DNA from: Squalus acanthias
Lineage: Eukaryota
Length of the DNA: 64,000 nt
Reading direction: 5' to 3'
Assembly: GCA_030390025.1 (NCBI GenBank)
Contig: CM059431.1
Span: 121,832,001-121,896,000 of the forward strand
The notes beneath the pieces were generated by a model. The model worked only from the letters and a program-made list of their open reading frames with translations, was not told the origin of the DNA and did no database searches. How positions within the stretch are numbered: the first letter of the stretch is position 1; every line of letters starts with the position of its first letter. This document shows, piece by piece, positions 1 to 12,167 of this stretch. The position numbers and the translations under genes were made by a program.

Positions 1-2147
1 TCTGTCATTTCAACCTCACCTGCCATCTATTCCATCAGCATCGTTGGCCTTGAAAATATCTCACTTTTTCCTCAGAATCCCACCAAGATCAGCCCCAACA
101 CCAGTAGCACCAGACACACCAGCAGCAACAACAACAACTCCAGCCTTCTCAGCAATCAACTGATGCTGCACAGGGCACAGGGCATCAGCACTCGACCACA
201 TTGCTGTCCGGGACTCCAGGGATGGCCTCACCATAGCCAGATTTATTTCTCTTGATGATGTAAACCCTGGCTGCCACATGATGCGCCAGGTTGCCACCAT
301 CCCACATCAACACCATAAAGCATCCCTACAATGCCCAAGCTATTCCTTTCACATTCATCACCATTGCAGGGGGCGGAGGGGGGGTGGGGAACCCTTATGT
401 CTCACCATTCACTACAACTCACTAAGCCACTTCCAAAGGTGCACACAAATCTGTCCAAGAACGCAAAGTGCTGAAAATTAAGGTTTCAATGTTTGACAGC
501 ACATCAACAGAAACTTCACATGAACATTGGCTAAACCACACAAGTGCCTACGCTTGTGTGTTGTTAGTTGGTATGCTTGCAGTAGGATGAAGGTGAGTGT
601 GAGGGGTGGTTAGTGAAATGGGGAAGTGATAATGTAGATAGAGAGGGATGGGTGGAGGTGCAAGGTAAGTTGGTGTGAGTAAAGGTGTGCAGGAGTAGGG
701 TAGGGAAGGCAGAGTGATGGGGATGTGATGAGTGGCACAGCAGGATGAGGCTGAGTGTGGCTTTGCAGTAACGCTTCGTGATGTACTGAGAACATTGAAA
801 GGTTTGCTCCACTGCAGCCTGGTCCTCCTGATGAAATCCCTGCTTGTGCCCTCCTGTGCAATGTGCAACCAGGCTGCTTTAATCTCCTGGGGAGGTGTCT
901 TCCGCCCATGGGAAGGGAAGAGAACCTCACTGCATGCTGTGATTCCCTCTATAAGCATATGGAGGGAGTCATGGCAGACCTGCACTTTTGTGCAATTCTT
1001 GTCAGTGTTTGCAGCACCTCAATGCTGTAGAATACTGACAGCAGAACTGTCAAAATCAATTTGGACATGGCCCCTTTAATATAGGGGCTATGATTAAGAA
1101 GTTTGCAGATGATATTAAAATCGGCTGTGTGGTTGATACTGAAGAAGGAAGCTGTAGACTGCAGGAAGATATCAATAAATTGGTCAGGTGGGAAGAACAG
1201 TGGCAAATGGAATTCAATCCGGAGAAGTGTGAGGTAATGGGGAGGGCTAACAAGGAAAGGGAATCCACATTAAATGGTAGGATACTGAGTAGTGTAGAGG
1301 AACAAAGGGACCTTGGAGTGCATGTCCACAGATCCCTGAAGGTAGCAGGCCAAGTAGATAAGGTGGTTAAGAAGGCATACGGAATGCTTGCCTATATTAG
1401 CCGTGGCATAGAATACAAGAGCAGGGGGCTTATGCTTCAACTGTATAAAACACTTGTTAGGCCTCAGCTAGAGTACTGCGTGCAGTTCTGGTCACCGCAT
1501 TACAAGAAAGATGGGATTGCACAAGAGAGGGTACAGAGGAGATTTACAAGGATGTTGCTGGGGGTAGAGAATCTTAGCTATGAGGAAAGACTGGATAGGC
1601 TGGGTCTGTTTTCCTTGGAACAGAGGAGGCTGAGGGGAGACCTTATTGAGGTGTATAAAATTATGAGGGGCATAGATAAAGTGGATAGAAAGGACCTATT
1701 TCCCTTAGCAGAGGGGTCAAAAGCCAAGGGCCACAGATTTAAAGTAATGAGGGAAGGTTTAGAGGGGATTTGAGGGGAACTTTCTTCACCCAGAGGGTTG
1801 TGGGGGTCTGGAACTCACTGCCTGAAAGGGTGGTAGAGGCAGGAACCTTAACCACATTTAAAAAGTACTTGGATGTGCACTTGGGATGCTCTAACCTGCA
1901 GGGCTACGGACCAAGAGCTGGGAAGTGGGATTAGGCTGGATAGCTCTTTGTTGGCCGGCGCAGACACAATGGGCTGAAATGGCCTCCTTCCGTGCTGTAA
2001 CTTTCTATGATTCTATGATTCTATGATTTAAGGAAACCGGCTGATGTCGTTTCCTTTTAATTGGCCAGGAACCAGTAGGCAGCGGGCTGGGGCCGCGACA
2101 CCAACCCCGGCCACCCCGGACCCGCCTCATTCGGTGAAATCACGGCC
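1..2147. mobile_element. Non-autonomous PIF/Harbinger derivative (left end outside window), split by a CR1 insertion
   Basis: Collinear with the copy at ~58930-60596. Minus-strand ORF 548-985 is a decayed Myb/SANT exon (LHMLIEGITACSEVLFP...AAWLHIAQE). Ends GGTGAAATCACGGCC at 2147. Confidence 0.7.
1081..2028 (+). mobile_element. 5'-truncated CR1 LINE (RT C-terminal part and 3' tail)
   Basis: ORF 1090-1773 has KFADD, LVRPQLEYCVQFWSP and LEQRRLRGDLIEVYK. Ends in a TTCTATGA-type microsatellite tail. TTTAA occurs at both junctions. Confidence 0.92.
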
Positions 2148-2192
2148 ATTAACTTTGTTTCCCTCTCCACAGATGCTACCTGATCTGCTGAG

Positions 2193-2824
2193 TCTTAGTA
2201 CTCAACCTCCTTTCTCCTCTGGTTCACAAAAACACGTTTCGAGTAAGCACAAGAGTTGGTAGTGGAGTATACGGAACAGACTTTATTGATACACAGTAAA
2301 GGTGATCGGCCTTAACTGTATACAGAGAGTGGCTTTTTCGGTCTCTGTACCTCTTGAGCCCTTTGACATACTGTTGAAAACCATGATCTACACCAAATTT
2401 TCACTACATCAAAGGAAAATGTCATAGATAACACTGTATGACCTATCTATTCCCAAATCCTTTGAAAACAGACGATTCACTTTGCAGTTGTTTACTTTAG
2501 AACTACTTCCCTTAAGCAAGACCTCCTGAGTAACCATCCCTAAACCCTTTTAAGCAAAAGCTTGACCAACTGCTATCTGTAGCTAATAGATTGCTACCCA
2601 TGCTTTATTACCCTTAAACTAAAGTTACATTTTATTACTAACACTTATTTCCTCACACAAGCACTTTACATATCAGAAGACAAGCCATGCTTTCTGCTCC
2701 CGACACTTCAAATAATCATCCTGTTTATATTGGAAAGCCTGTTGCTTCAAGACACAAAGAATTTCGACTGTTAACCCTTAACTCCCCAAGATGTCCAATA
2801 TACATCTCTCCAGGATGTCCAACA
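2193..2824 (-). mobile_element. Putative solo LTR
   Basis: 632-bp insert flanked by CTGAG direct repeats (2188-2192, 2825-2829) that split a contiguous repeat tail. Ends CCAACA. Minus-strand AATAAA at 2282-2287. Confidence 0.5.
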
Positions 2825-3533
2825 CTGAGTATTTCCAACATTTTCTGTTTTTATTTAGGAAATAGTGAATCAGGTGATGGCACAGACTAATTGAGGCTCC
2901 TAGAGTCCAAAAGTAAACAGTTCTGCAGAGCACCGAGCAGTCTGCACAGAGCGACATTAAACGGAGTGTACTTAAACACATTGTTTTATTAGGGAATTTG
3001 GAAAGAGTGGGAATTTCTGGTAGGTATTGGGTAAGTAGAAGCTGTAAAAAGTGAAATTCAGTTTAACATTTTGATTTAAATCTAGAACTTTAAAACTGTA
3101 GTTAACAGAAGCTGCCTGCCAGTGGCAGTTAACTGTCAATCAGCTGTAAGTGTTTGTCTTGAAAAGGTGCGAATCACAGGGAGCAGGGGAGCTGAGTCAG
3201 CACTTGTAAATTGGGGGAGGCTCCTAGAGTATAAAAGTAAACAGTTCTGCAGAGCACCGAGCGGTCTGCACAGAGCGGCATTAAATGGAGTGTACTTAAA
3301 CAGAGTGTTTTATTTTGGAATTTGGAAAGAGTGGGAATTCAGAGAAGAGGGGGAAGGAGTTGTTATTTTTTGCCTACACTAATTGTAGTGCTTTTTGTTA
3401 CAGGTAGATATTTAATGTCATTACTCATAACTTAATATAGATCAAGTAAGTAGTCAAGAAAGTAAACTGTAAACTAAGTTACTTAAATACAAATTTAATT
3501 AAATTTAATTAAATATAACAAGGTCATATAGGG

Positions 3534-4491
3534 ATGGCAGTGCAGGCGGTGTGCCGCAACGACAGCATGTGAGAGTTTGTGGCGAGCATTGCAATCCCGG
3601 ACAACCACATTTGCAGTAAGTGCCTGCATCTTGAGGAACTTCAGATCAGAGTTTGTGAGCTGGAGTCTGAAGTGCAGACATTGCGGGGCATCAGGGAGGG
3701 GGAGAGTTACCTGGACACGTTGATCCAGGTGGCAGTCACACCCATTAGGTTAGGTGGTGGTACAGGTCTGGTTAGTGGTCAGGGACAGGAGGGTGTGACT
3801 GCAACTCAGACAGGTAAGGGGACCCCAGGTGCAGTGCTGGAGGAGCCTCAGCATTTGTCCTTATCCAATAGGTATGAGGTTCTTGCTGCCTGTGTGGATG
3901 AGGGAAATGCCTGCAGGATGGATGAGCAATCTACCCATGGCACCACGGTGCAGGAGGCCATTCAAGTGGGGGGAGTGACAGGAAATGTAGTTGTGGTAGG
4001 GGACAGTATACTCAGAGGGATAGATACTGTTCTCTGCAGCCATGACCGAGAGTTCCAAAGGTTGTGTTGCCTGCCTGTGCCAAGGTTAAAGACATCTCCT
4101 CGCGGCTGGAGAAGAACTTGGAGTGGGAAGGGAGGATCCAGTTGACGTGGTCCACGTAGCAACCAACGACATAGGTAGAATTAGGAATGAGGTTCTGCTG
4201 AGAGCGTTTGTGGAGTTGGTGTCCAAATTAAAACACAGAACTTCAAGGGTAATAATCTCTGGATTGTTGCCTAAGCCACGCACCAATTGACATAGGGACA
4301 AACAGATTAGAGGTTTAAATGTGTGGCTCAAAGAGTGGTGTGCGAGGAAGGAGTTTCAGTTCATGGGGCACTGGCACCAGTACTGGGGAAAGAGGGAGCC
4401 GTTCTGCTGGGACAGGCTCCACTTAAACCGGGCTGGAAATAGTGTCCTGGTGAATCGAATAATTAGGGCAGTAGACAGGGCTTTAAACTAA
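3534..4491 (+). pseudogene. CR1 ORF1 (zinc-finger/leucine zipper plus SGNH esterase-like), disrupted
   Basis: CSKCLHLEELQIRVCELE and VVVGDSILRGID motifs. Homologous to ORF1 at 17097-18047. Contains stops and frameshifts. Confidence 0.8.
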
Positions 4492-5276
4492 TGAAAGGGG
4501 TGGGGCGGGGGGGTGAAAGGATTCAGGAAAGAGTAAATTTAAAAGCAGCAAGAGAAAGGCCAAGGCTCTAGAGCAGAGCAGAGATTTGGCTAAAAATAAG
4601 CAGAGTGGTTCAGGAAGGGACAGACAGAGTAACAAAGGTAATAGGGCATCAGTGACTAAGGTGACAACAGGGATAAATAGAAAAAAGTCAAAGCTAAAGG
4701 CGCTATACCCGAATGCGTGAAAATAGATGAATTAATAGCACAGATTGAAAATAATAGGTTTGATCTAATAGCCCTTATGGAGACGTAGTTGCAAAATGAC
4801 CATGGTTGAGAACTAAATATTCCAGGATACTTAACTTTTAGAAGAGATATGCAAAATGGAAAAGAAGGAGGGGTAGCCCTGATAATAAATGATGGGATAA
4901 AGACAGTAGAGAGAAAGGGGGAGAAATTCAGTATCGCCCCGTTTGGGGCGCAATTATCGGCCGTGCGCAAAGTTTAGCGCCTGCGCTAATTATCGCCTCC
5001 AACTGCAAACTTGGCTTTTATCGCCGCTGGAGGTGATTGGAGCGCTAAATCAGGCGCTGCACACCTGTCTTAAGGCGCAAAGGCCGAGGAGCGAGGCGCT
5101 AGCTCAGAGCTCAGGCGCAACGTAGGTGATGTCAGTTAGCGATGGAACACAGACGCACTGGCGCCAGACAGTTCTTAAAGGGGAGGGTCGATCTTGCTCT
5201 CCAGCAACACCCTGCTCATTGGAGCCTTGAATCTCGGCTTGCAGAGACCTGTGCCTAAATCTTCCAGCCAAGTACT

Positions 5277-7096
5277 ATGGAGAGGGTGAGAGAACGAGCT
5301 CAGCGCTTCAGCGAGCGGGCCTTGGAGGTCCAGGTTGGCGCAGTGGAGCGCAGAAGATCTATACTCTACCCTGAGAGTGGCAGGAGGCCTTTGCCGCGCG
5401 ACTACAGAAGAGTGTGGAGGGAGGTGGCTCACAACGTCTTCTCCAGGAGCATGGTGCCCAGGGCCCATACTCAATGTCGAAAAAAGTTCAACGACCTCAC
5501 TCGGGTCGTCAGGGTGAGTGACTTTTTTTCAATACCTCTCCAACCCTCCATCTCAACCTCACTCAATGGCCAGAGGGTCTTAAAACCCCAATGCCCAACA
5601 CTCATCCAACACCTATGGCCCTCTCATGAAACACACACGCACATTCCACATTTTGCATACAGTAAAGGCTAGTCACCTATGGGAGGCAGATCAGGCAAGA
5701 TCATGGCTGCATACAGTAAGGGCTATTCAATTATGGGAGGCACATCAGGCAAGACCATGGCTGTATATTTACTCAGACGCCGTCCTTTTTCTTGCAGGCC
5801 AAGGTATCTCATCATAGGAGACAGCAGCAACGGATGGGTGGAGGGTGGCCTCAGCTCCAACCCCTCAGCGAACTTGAGGCGCGCGTCCACAGGATTGTGG
5901 CAAGCCAGGTGATCGGTCCCGTTGCCCCTGGAGAGGCCGACCCCGTTCTGGACAGCAATAGTAAGGTCATCACCTTTTTGTCCTCTCTCCTTCCACTTGT
6001 CCCTCACAACACCAGCCCTTGACACTTTCAATCCAACTTATAAATCGCTGCACTCATTGCTCCCTCACTGCCCCCCTGTTCTGACGCTAAAGCCACTCTT
6101 GTACCTCCCTGCTTTCAGATGGTGATTCACCAGCTGAGGAGACGGGTCCTCAAGATGCCAGTGGGAGTGAAGCCTGCAGGCGAGGAGGAAGAGGAAGCCG
6201 GAGCATCAGCGCCACCCTCTCCCGAGGAAGCCCATGCCCACACTGGGAACATGCCTTCCCTGGAGGGGAGCAGGGGGGAAGGGTCTGATGAGGGTGAAGC
6301 TCCAGGACCCAGTGGGCTGCAGCAACGCGATGGGGGTAGAGAAGCTCGGGGGCCTTCTCCCCAGAGGGAGAGTAGGCCAGCGAGTCCTGCTGCACTGGAC
6401 GCAGAGGAGGTGCGGCTCATCGCTGAAATGAACACCCAGGCGGTGAACATGCACACTGAGCTCATGGGTGCAGTGGGAAGGGTGCCCAAATGCAGTGAAT
6501 CACTGGCAAGGAGTGTCGAGCACTTCACTGTAGCACAGGCAGATGCCATGCTAAAGCTTAGTGCTGCAATTCAGTCACTGGCTGCCATGAACCCATCTCA
6601 GACTGCTCTCATGCAGACTCAGATTGAGGTCGCGCAAGCAATGACTGCTGCCATTCTCGCTGGTTCGGACACATTTCCCCGGGGCTCTCACCACGCCGCA
6701 GCAGACCAGCAATCTGTGCTCCAGCAGATTACTCCGGATGCTGATGTGCTGCCCCATGGGAGTGCCAGTGTGCCGGTCGAGCAGGGAGTTGCTGTCCTCT
6801 CTCAAGATAACAGCATTCCTGCTGCCACCACTGTCACTTCCCCATTGCACTTGCCACCGCCTGTAGCCCAGACTGCTGCCGTCCATGCAGAGTTGGTGCA
6901 GTCTGCAGCCGGACCCTCCAGGTCCAGAGCTGGTCGAGGCCGTCCTTCAAGGGCATCTGCAGTCTCAGGTTCTGACAATCAGCAGCCTTCCACCAGCCTT
7001 GCTGCAGCCACTGGGGCCCCATTATGGAGGAGCAGTAGGGTGGGAAGGGGGGAAGTGCGCAAGGGAAGGAGATCACCCTTAGAGGGCAAAAAGTAG
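5277..7096 (+). pseudogene. Harbinger Myb/SANT-like DNA-binding protein gene, 3 exons (5277-5513, 5798-5960, 6119-7096)
   Basis: RAQRFSERALEV...WREVAHNV...QCRKKFNDL trihelix motif. GT-AG sites at 5514/5797 and 5961/6118. Probable frameshift near 6180. Confidence 0.8.
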
Positions 7097-7303
7097 GAGG
7101 TGTGACAAAATGTTTGTCAATTTTTTATTAAAGGCCGAGGTTCGTGTTCAAACTTTTGTTTAGTGTTTTGGACATTATCTCCAGGTTGTGAGAAGCAGTT
7201 ACGTTAATGACTGTTTTTTTGTGTTTCTTTCTATTAATTTGTCATGAAGAAATGACACACACAGGGTTTGTAAAATAAATAAGTTTTTGTATTCAAAATG
7301 TAT

Positions 7304-8117
7304 GGGGGAAAAATTAGGTCGCGCCCCATTTGGGGCGCAAATATCGTCTGGACGCAAATATTAGCGCCTGGCGCTAATTATCGGCACTGACTGTAAACTT
7401 CACTTTTACCGCCCCGGGAGGTGAGTGGAGCGCTAAATCAGGCGCTGCACACCTGTCTTAAGGCGCAAAGGCCAAGGAGTGAGGCGCTAACTCAGAGCGC
7501 TGGCGAAGCTCATGTAATGTCAGTCAGCAATGGAACACACACACAATGGCACGGGCCAGTTCTTAAAGGGGATGGTTAATCTTGCTTTCCATCCACATCC
7601 TGTTCATTGCAGCCTTGAATCTCGGCCTGGAGAGACTTGCACATCAAATGTGCTGGAAAGAACAATGGAGAGTACCAGGCAAAGAGCTCAGAGTGCAGCT
7701 CCCACAGTCTCTGCTAAATCGATACAAGGAAGGGCAAATCAAAATGAACCTGCAAAGTGCTGCTCAGTACCCAAAAACTCCTTCACACAACGTTGAATCT
7801 CTCCAGAAGTCTCTCCCTCTCTCTCTCAGAATGCGTAGTTCAAAAATGCCACCAACAATAAAAGACAGGAAGAGGCCCCCTTTAAATAGCGCCCCCCCCC
7901 CAGCCCCACAGCGATTGATAGCGTTCCAGTCTTCTGGTCGTTGGATGCGCCAGGCGGTAAGGCAGGGGGCGCCACTCAATTTCCGCTCCGGGGCGCCACA
8001 AGGGCGTTGCACCATGGAATGACGTCACAATCTGCGCCCGGGCGTTAGCGGCTTTGCGCCCCATTAGTGCCCTCTTAAGGCGCTAACGGGAGGCGCAACC
8101 AACTGAATTTTTACCCC
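7304..8117. mobile_element. Harbinger MITE nested in the related Harbinger element
   Basis: GGGGGAAAAATT...AATTTTTACCCC termini and TAT TSD (7301-7303, 8118-8120). Ends are homologous to 4917-5280 and 9400-9894. Confidence 0.85.
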
Positions 8118-8224
8118 TATATGTTTGGTCTTTGGAATCATTGCTGCCTTGGCCGGCTTAGGAGTTGCAGGTTGGTTTCATTCATGTTGTTCTCAATGGC
8201 AGAAGCCATTTCCTCAGCAGGGGC

Positions 8225-9420
8225 CTAGAAGCGGCTTGCTAAAAGCCGTTGACGGACGGCCCTTCCAGTTTCAACATTGTGGGCCTCCCTCCCACCTTGG
8301 TGCTGCTGATGATCATCCTCCTCCTCTTCCTCCTCCTCTTCCTCCTCCTCATCCGGTGGTGCTCCAAGGCCTGGTGGCATTGGCTGGGTCCTGAGGATTG
8401 CCAGGTTATGCAGCATGCAGCACACAACTATGAAGAGGGAGACTCACTCAGGCGAGTACTGCAGGGCTCCTCCTGACTGGTCCAGACAGCGGAACCGTTG
8501 CTTGAGCACGGAGATTGTGTGCTCAACAATGTTCCTGGTGGTGAGATGGCTCTCGTTGTACCGCAGCTCAGCAGGGGTGTTGGGGGAACGGAGCGGTGTC
8601 ATCAGCCAGGTGCACAGTGGATAACCCTTGTGCCCGAGGAGCCAACCACTTGGCTGATGCGATGCCTAGAAAAGTTCGGCCACAGCAGTCTGGCACAGGA
8701 TCAATGCATTGTGGCTGCTGCCAGGATAGTGGGCATTGACAGCGAGTATCAGCTGTCTGTGGTCGCAGCCCAACTGGACGTTTAAGGAATGGAATCCCTT
8801 GCGGTTGCAGAGATCCTCTTCATTCTCATGCGGTGCACGCAATGCCACATGCGTGCAGTCAATGGCGCCCTGCACCATGGGGAAGCCCGCTATCCTCGCA
8901 AAGCCCAATGAGCGTTCATGCTGTTTGGCCCAGGTCATCGGGAAAGAGATGGACTGGCGTCTCCTTTTATAGAGGGCATTTGTGACCTGACAGATGCAGC
9001 AATGGAACGCGAACTGGGAGATATTGGCGATGTCCCTAGTAGCTGCTTGAAAGGAGCCGGTGGCATAAAAGTTCAGAGCCACTGTGATCTTCACTGCCAC
9101 CGACAGAGACATCCTGGTCCTCAGTAGAGGCTGCAGATCTGGCTGCAGCAGGTGGCAGAGCTCAGTGACCACCTCCTTGCTGAAGCGCAGCCTGTGCAAA
9201 CACTGCTCCTCAGACAAATTAATGTAGGAAAATTGTTAGCGAAATAACCTGGGGGGTTATGGTCTCTTGTACAGAGGCCTGTTGGCCCTCCTCCATCTGG
9301 CCATGATTGCCACTCTCTCTCTGGGTCTCTGTGGCCTCCAAATCTGCAGGTGCAGGACGACGCCCCGAATCAGTGCAGCCCCCAAGTCTCTTGGCAATCA
9401 AAGTAATGAAGGTCAAAAGC
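8225..9420 (-). pseudogene. Harbinger (HARBI1-family, DDE_Tnp_4) transposase, disrupted
   Basis: VALNFYATGSFQ, GFPMVQGAIDCTHV, NRKGFHSLNVQ and CCMLHNL motifs. In-frame stop. GDKGY has become GHKGY. Confidence 0.9.
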
Positions 9421-10872
9421 CAAAGGTACCTGCAAAGTGATGCTCAGTAGCCAAAACTACTTCACACAGCATTGACTCTATGCAGAAGTCTCTCCTCTCT
9501 CTCTCAGAATCTCTCTCTCTGTCAAAATGAGTGGTGCATTAATGTCTACCACAGAAAAAGCCAGTAAGAGGCCGCCTTTAAATAGCACCCACCCAGCACC
9601 ACACCGACTGGGAAATGTTCCAGTCTAACTGTCGTTGCTTGCGCCAGGCGGAAAGGAGGGGGGTGCCACTCAATATCCGCTCCGGGGCATCACAGGGGCA
9701 TTGCATGCTCGAATGACGTCAATATCTGCAGGCGCAGGAGATCGGGGCAGTATTGTTTAGCGCCAATGCAAAATGTCTGGTCAATTTCGCGAGCAGCGCA
9801 GACATTGCCGCGCCCGGGCGCTAGTTGCTTTGCGCCCCATTAGCGCCCTCTTAAGTCACTAAAGGGAGGCGCAAACCAACTGAATTTTTCCCCCAACGGA
9901 TCTTAGCTCCGAAAATCAAGAAGTTGAATCAGTTTGGGTGGAGCTAAGAAACAGCATGGGGTAGAAAATATTGGTGGTAGTTGTTTATAGCCCTCCAAAC
10001 AGTAGTTGTAATGTAGGGCAGGGTATAAATCAGGAAATTAGAGACACATGTAACAAGGTTAATACAATAATCATGGGGGACTTTAATCTATGTATAAACT
10101 GGGCAAACCAAATTTGCAGTAACAGTGTGGAGGGCGAATTCATGGAATGTATACAAGATAGTTTTCTAGATCAGTATGTTGAGGAACCAACTAGGGAACA
10201 GGCTATTTTAAATTTAGTATTATGCAATGAGAAAGGGTTAATTAATAACTTTGCAGTAAAGGGGCCTTTCGGGAAGAGTGACCATAATATGATAGAATTT
10301 TATATTAAGTTCGAAAGCGATTTAGTTAAATTCGAAACTAGGGTCCTAAATCTAAACAAAGCAAACTACGGAGGTATGAGGGGCGAGTTGGCTAAGGTAA
10401 ATTGGGAAACTACATTAAAAGGTATGATGGTAGAAAAGCAATGGCTAGCATTTAAAGAATTAATATGTAATTTACAATGAATATACATTCCTTTAAGGCA
10501 AAAAAAAACACAGGAAAATTGGTCCAACCGTGGCTAACAACAGAAGTTAAAGATACTATTAGATCAAAGAAAGAGGCTTATAATGTTGACAAAAAGAGCA
10601 GTAAGCCTGAGGATTGGGAGGATTTTAGAATTCAGCAAAGGAGAACCAAGAAATTGATAAAGAAAGGGAAAATAGAATGAGAGTAAACTAACGAGAGACA
10701 TAAAAACAGATTGTAAAAGCTTCAATAGGTATGTAAAAAGGAAAAGATCAGCAAAAGTAAATGTGGGTCCCTTACAGGCTGAGACAGGAGAAATTATAAT
10801 GGGGAATAAGGGAATGGCGAGAAATTAAAAAAATACTTTGTGACTGTCTTCACAGAAGAAGATGTAAAAAAC

Positions 10873-10962
10873 CACCTGACGAAGGAGCAGCCGCTCCGAA
10901 AGCTTGTGATTTCAAATAAAGCTGTTGGACTATAACCTGGTGTTGTGCGACTTCTCACTTTT
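10873..10962 (+). mobile_element. Penelope-like element terminal fragment with minimal hammerhead ribozyme core
   Basis: CAC-CTGACGA-A-GGAGC-AGCC-GCTCC-GAAAGCTT-GTG followed by AATAAA. Same unit as at ~46815 and ~52587. Confidence 0.7.
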
Positions 10963-11280
10963 GATAAAAAGTTAGGTGGGAATGTGAGTTGTGAGGAGGA
11001 TGCAAAGAGGCTTCAAGGGGATATAGACAAGCTAAGTGAGTGGGCAAGAACATGGAAAATGGAATATAATGTGGAGAAATGTGAAGTCATCCACTTTGGT
11101 AGGAAAAATAGAAAAGCGTATTTTTTAAATGGTGAGAGATTGGGAAATGTTGGTGTTCAGAGGGACCTGGGTGTCCTTGTATACAAATAACAGAAAGTTA
11201 ACATGCAGGTACAGCAAGCAATTAAGAGAGCAAATGGTATGTTGGCCTTTATTACAAGAGGATTTGAGTATAAGAGTAAA

Positions 11281-12167
11281 GGGGGAGAAATTTGATATCG
11301 CCCCGTTTGGGGCGCAATTATCGGCTGGGCACAAAGTTAGCGCCTGGTGCTAATTATCGCCTCCGACTGCAAACTTGGCTTCTATCGCCCCTGGAGGTGA
11401 TTGGAGCGCTAAATCAGGCGCTATACACCTCTCTTAAAGTGCTAATGCTGAGGAGCGAGGTGCTACCTCAGAGCGCCAGTGAAGCTCATGTAATGTCAGT
11501 CAGCAATGGAACACAGACACACTGGCGCCGGCCAGTTCTTAAAGGAGAGGTTCGATCTTGCTTTCCATCCACATCCTGCTCATTACAGCCTTGAATCTCG
11601 GCCTGGAGAGACCTGTACATCAAATCTGCTGGAAAGAACAATGGAGAGGCCCAGGGAAAGAGCTCAGAGTGCAGCCCCCAAAGTCTCTTCTAAATCGATG
11701 CAAGGAAGCTCAAATCAAAATGAAACTGCAAAATGCTGCTCAGTACCCAAAACACAGTGTTGAATCTCTCCAGAAGTCTCTCTCTCTCTCTCTCTCTCAG
11801 AATGCATGGTGCAAAAATGTCGCCGACAAAAAAGGTAGGAAGCGGTCGCCTTTAAATAGCGCTCCCCCAGTCCCTTCCCGATTGCAAAACGCTCCCCTCA
11901 ACCTGTAGTTGCTAGAGGCAGGGGGTAAGGCAGGGGGCACCACTCAATATCCAGCTCGGGCACTACCGGGGCGTTGCACGCTCGACTGACATCACGATCT
12001 GCGGGCGCAGGAGATCGTGGCGGTAGTGTTTAGCGCTGCTGCAAAATGTCTGGTCAATTTCGCGAGCAGCGCAAACATTGCAGCGCCCATGCGCTAGTTG
12101 CTTTGCACCCCATTAGCGCCCTCGTAGGGCGCTAACGGGAGGCGCAAACCAACCGAATTTTTCCCCC
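11281..12167. mobile_element. Harbinger MITE (same family as 7304-8117)
   Basis: GGGGGAGAAATT...AATTTTTCCCCC termini. Interrupts CR1 ORF2 (EYKSK|xVLLQLYRAL). TSD is probably AAG. Confidence 0.88.

Larger units (their letters stand above)
4917..9894. mobile_element. PIF/Harbinger DNA transposon (two convergent genes), decayed
   Basis: TIRs GGGGGAGAAATTCAGT / ACTGAATTTTTCCCCC, with 3-bp flanks AAA/AAC. Removing it restores CR1 ORF2 (VERKDLS). Confidence 0.9.

Noticed and set aside
8225..9420. Host HARBI1 gene
   Set aside because: It lies between TIRs with a Myb partner gene and is disrupted, so it is a transposon copy.
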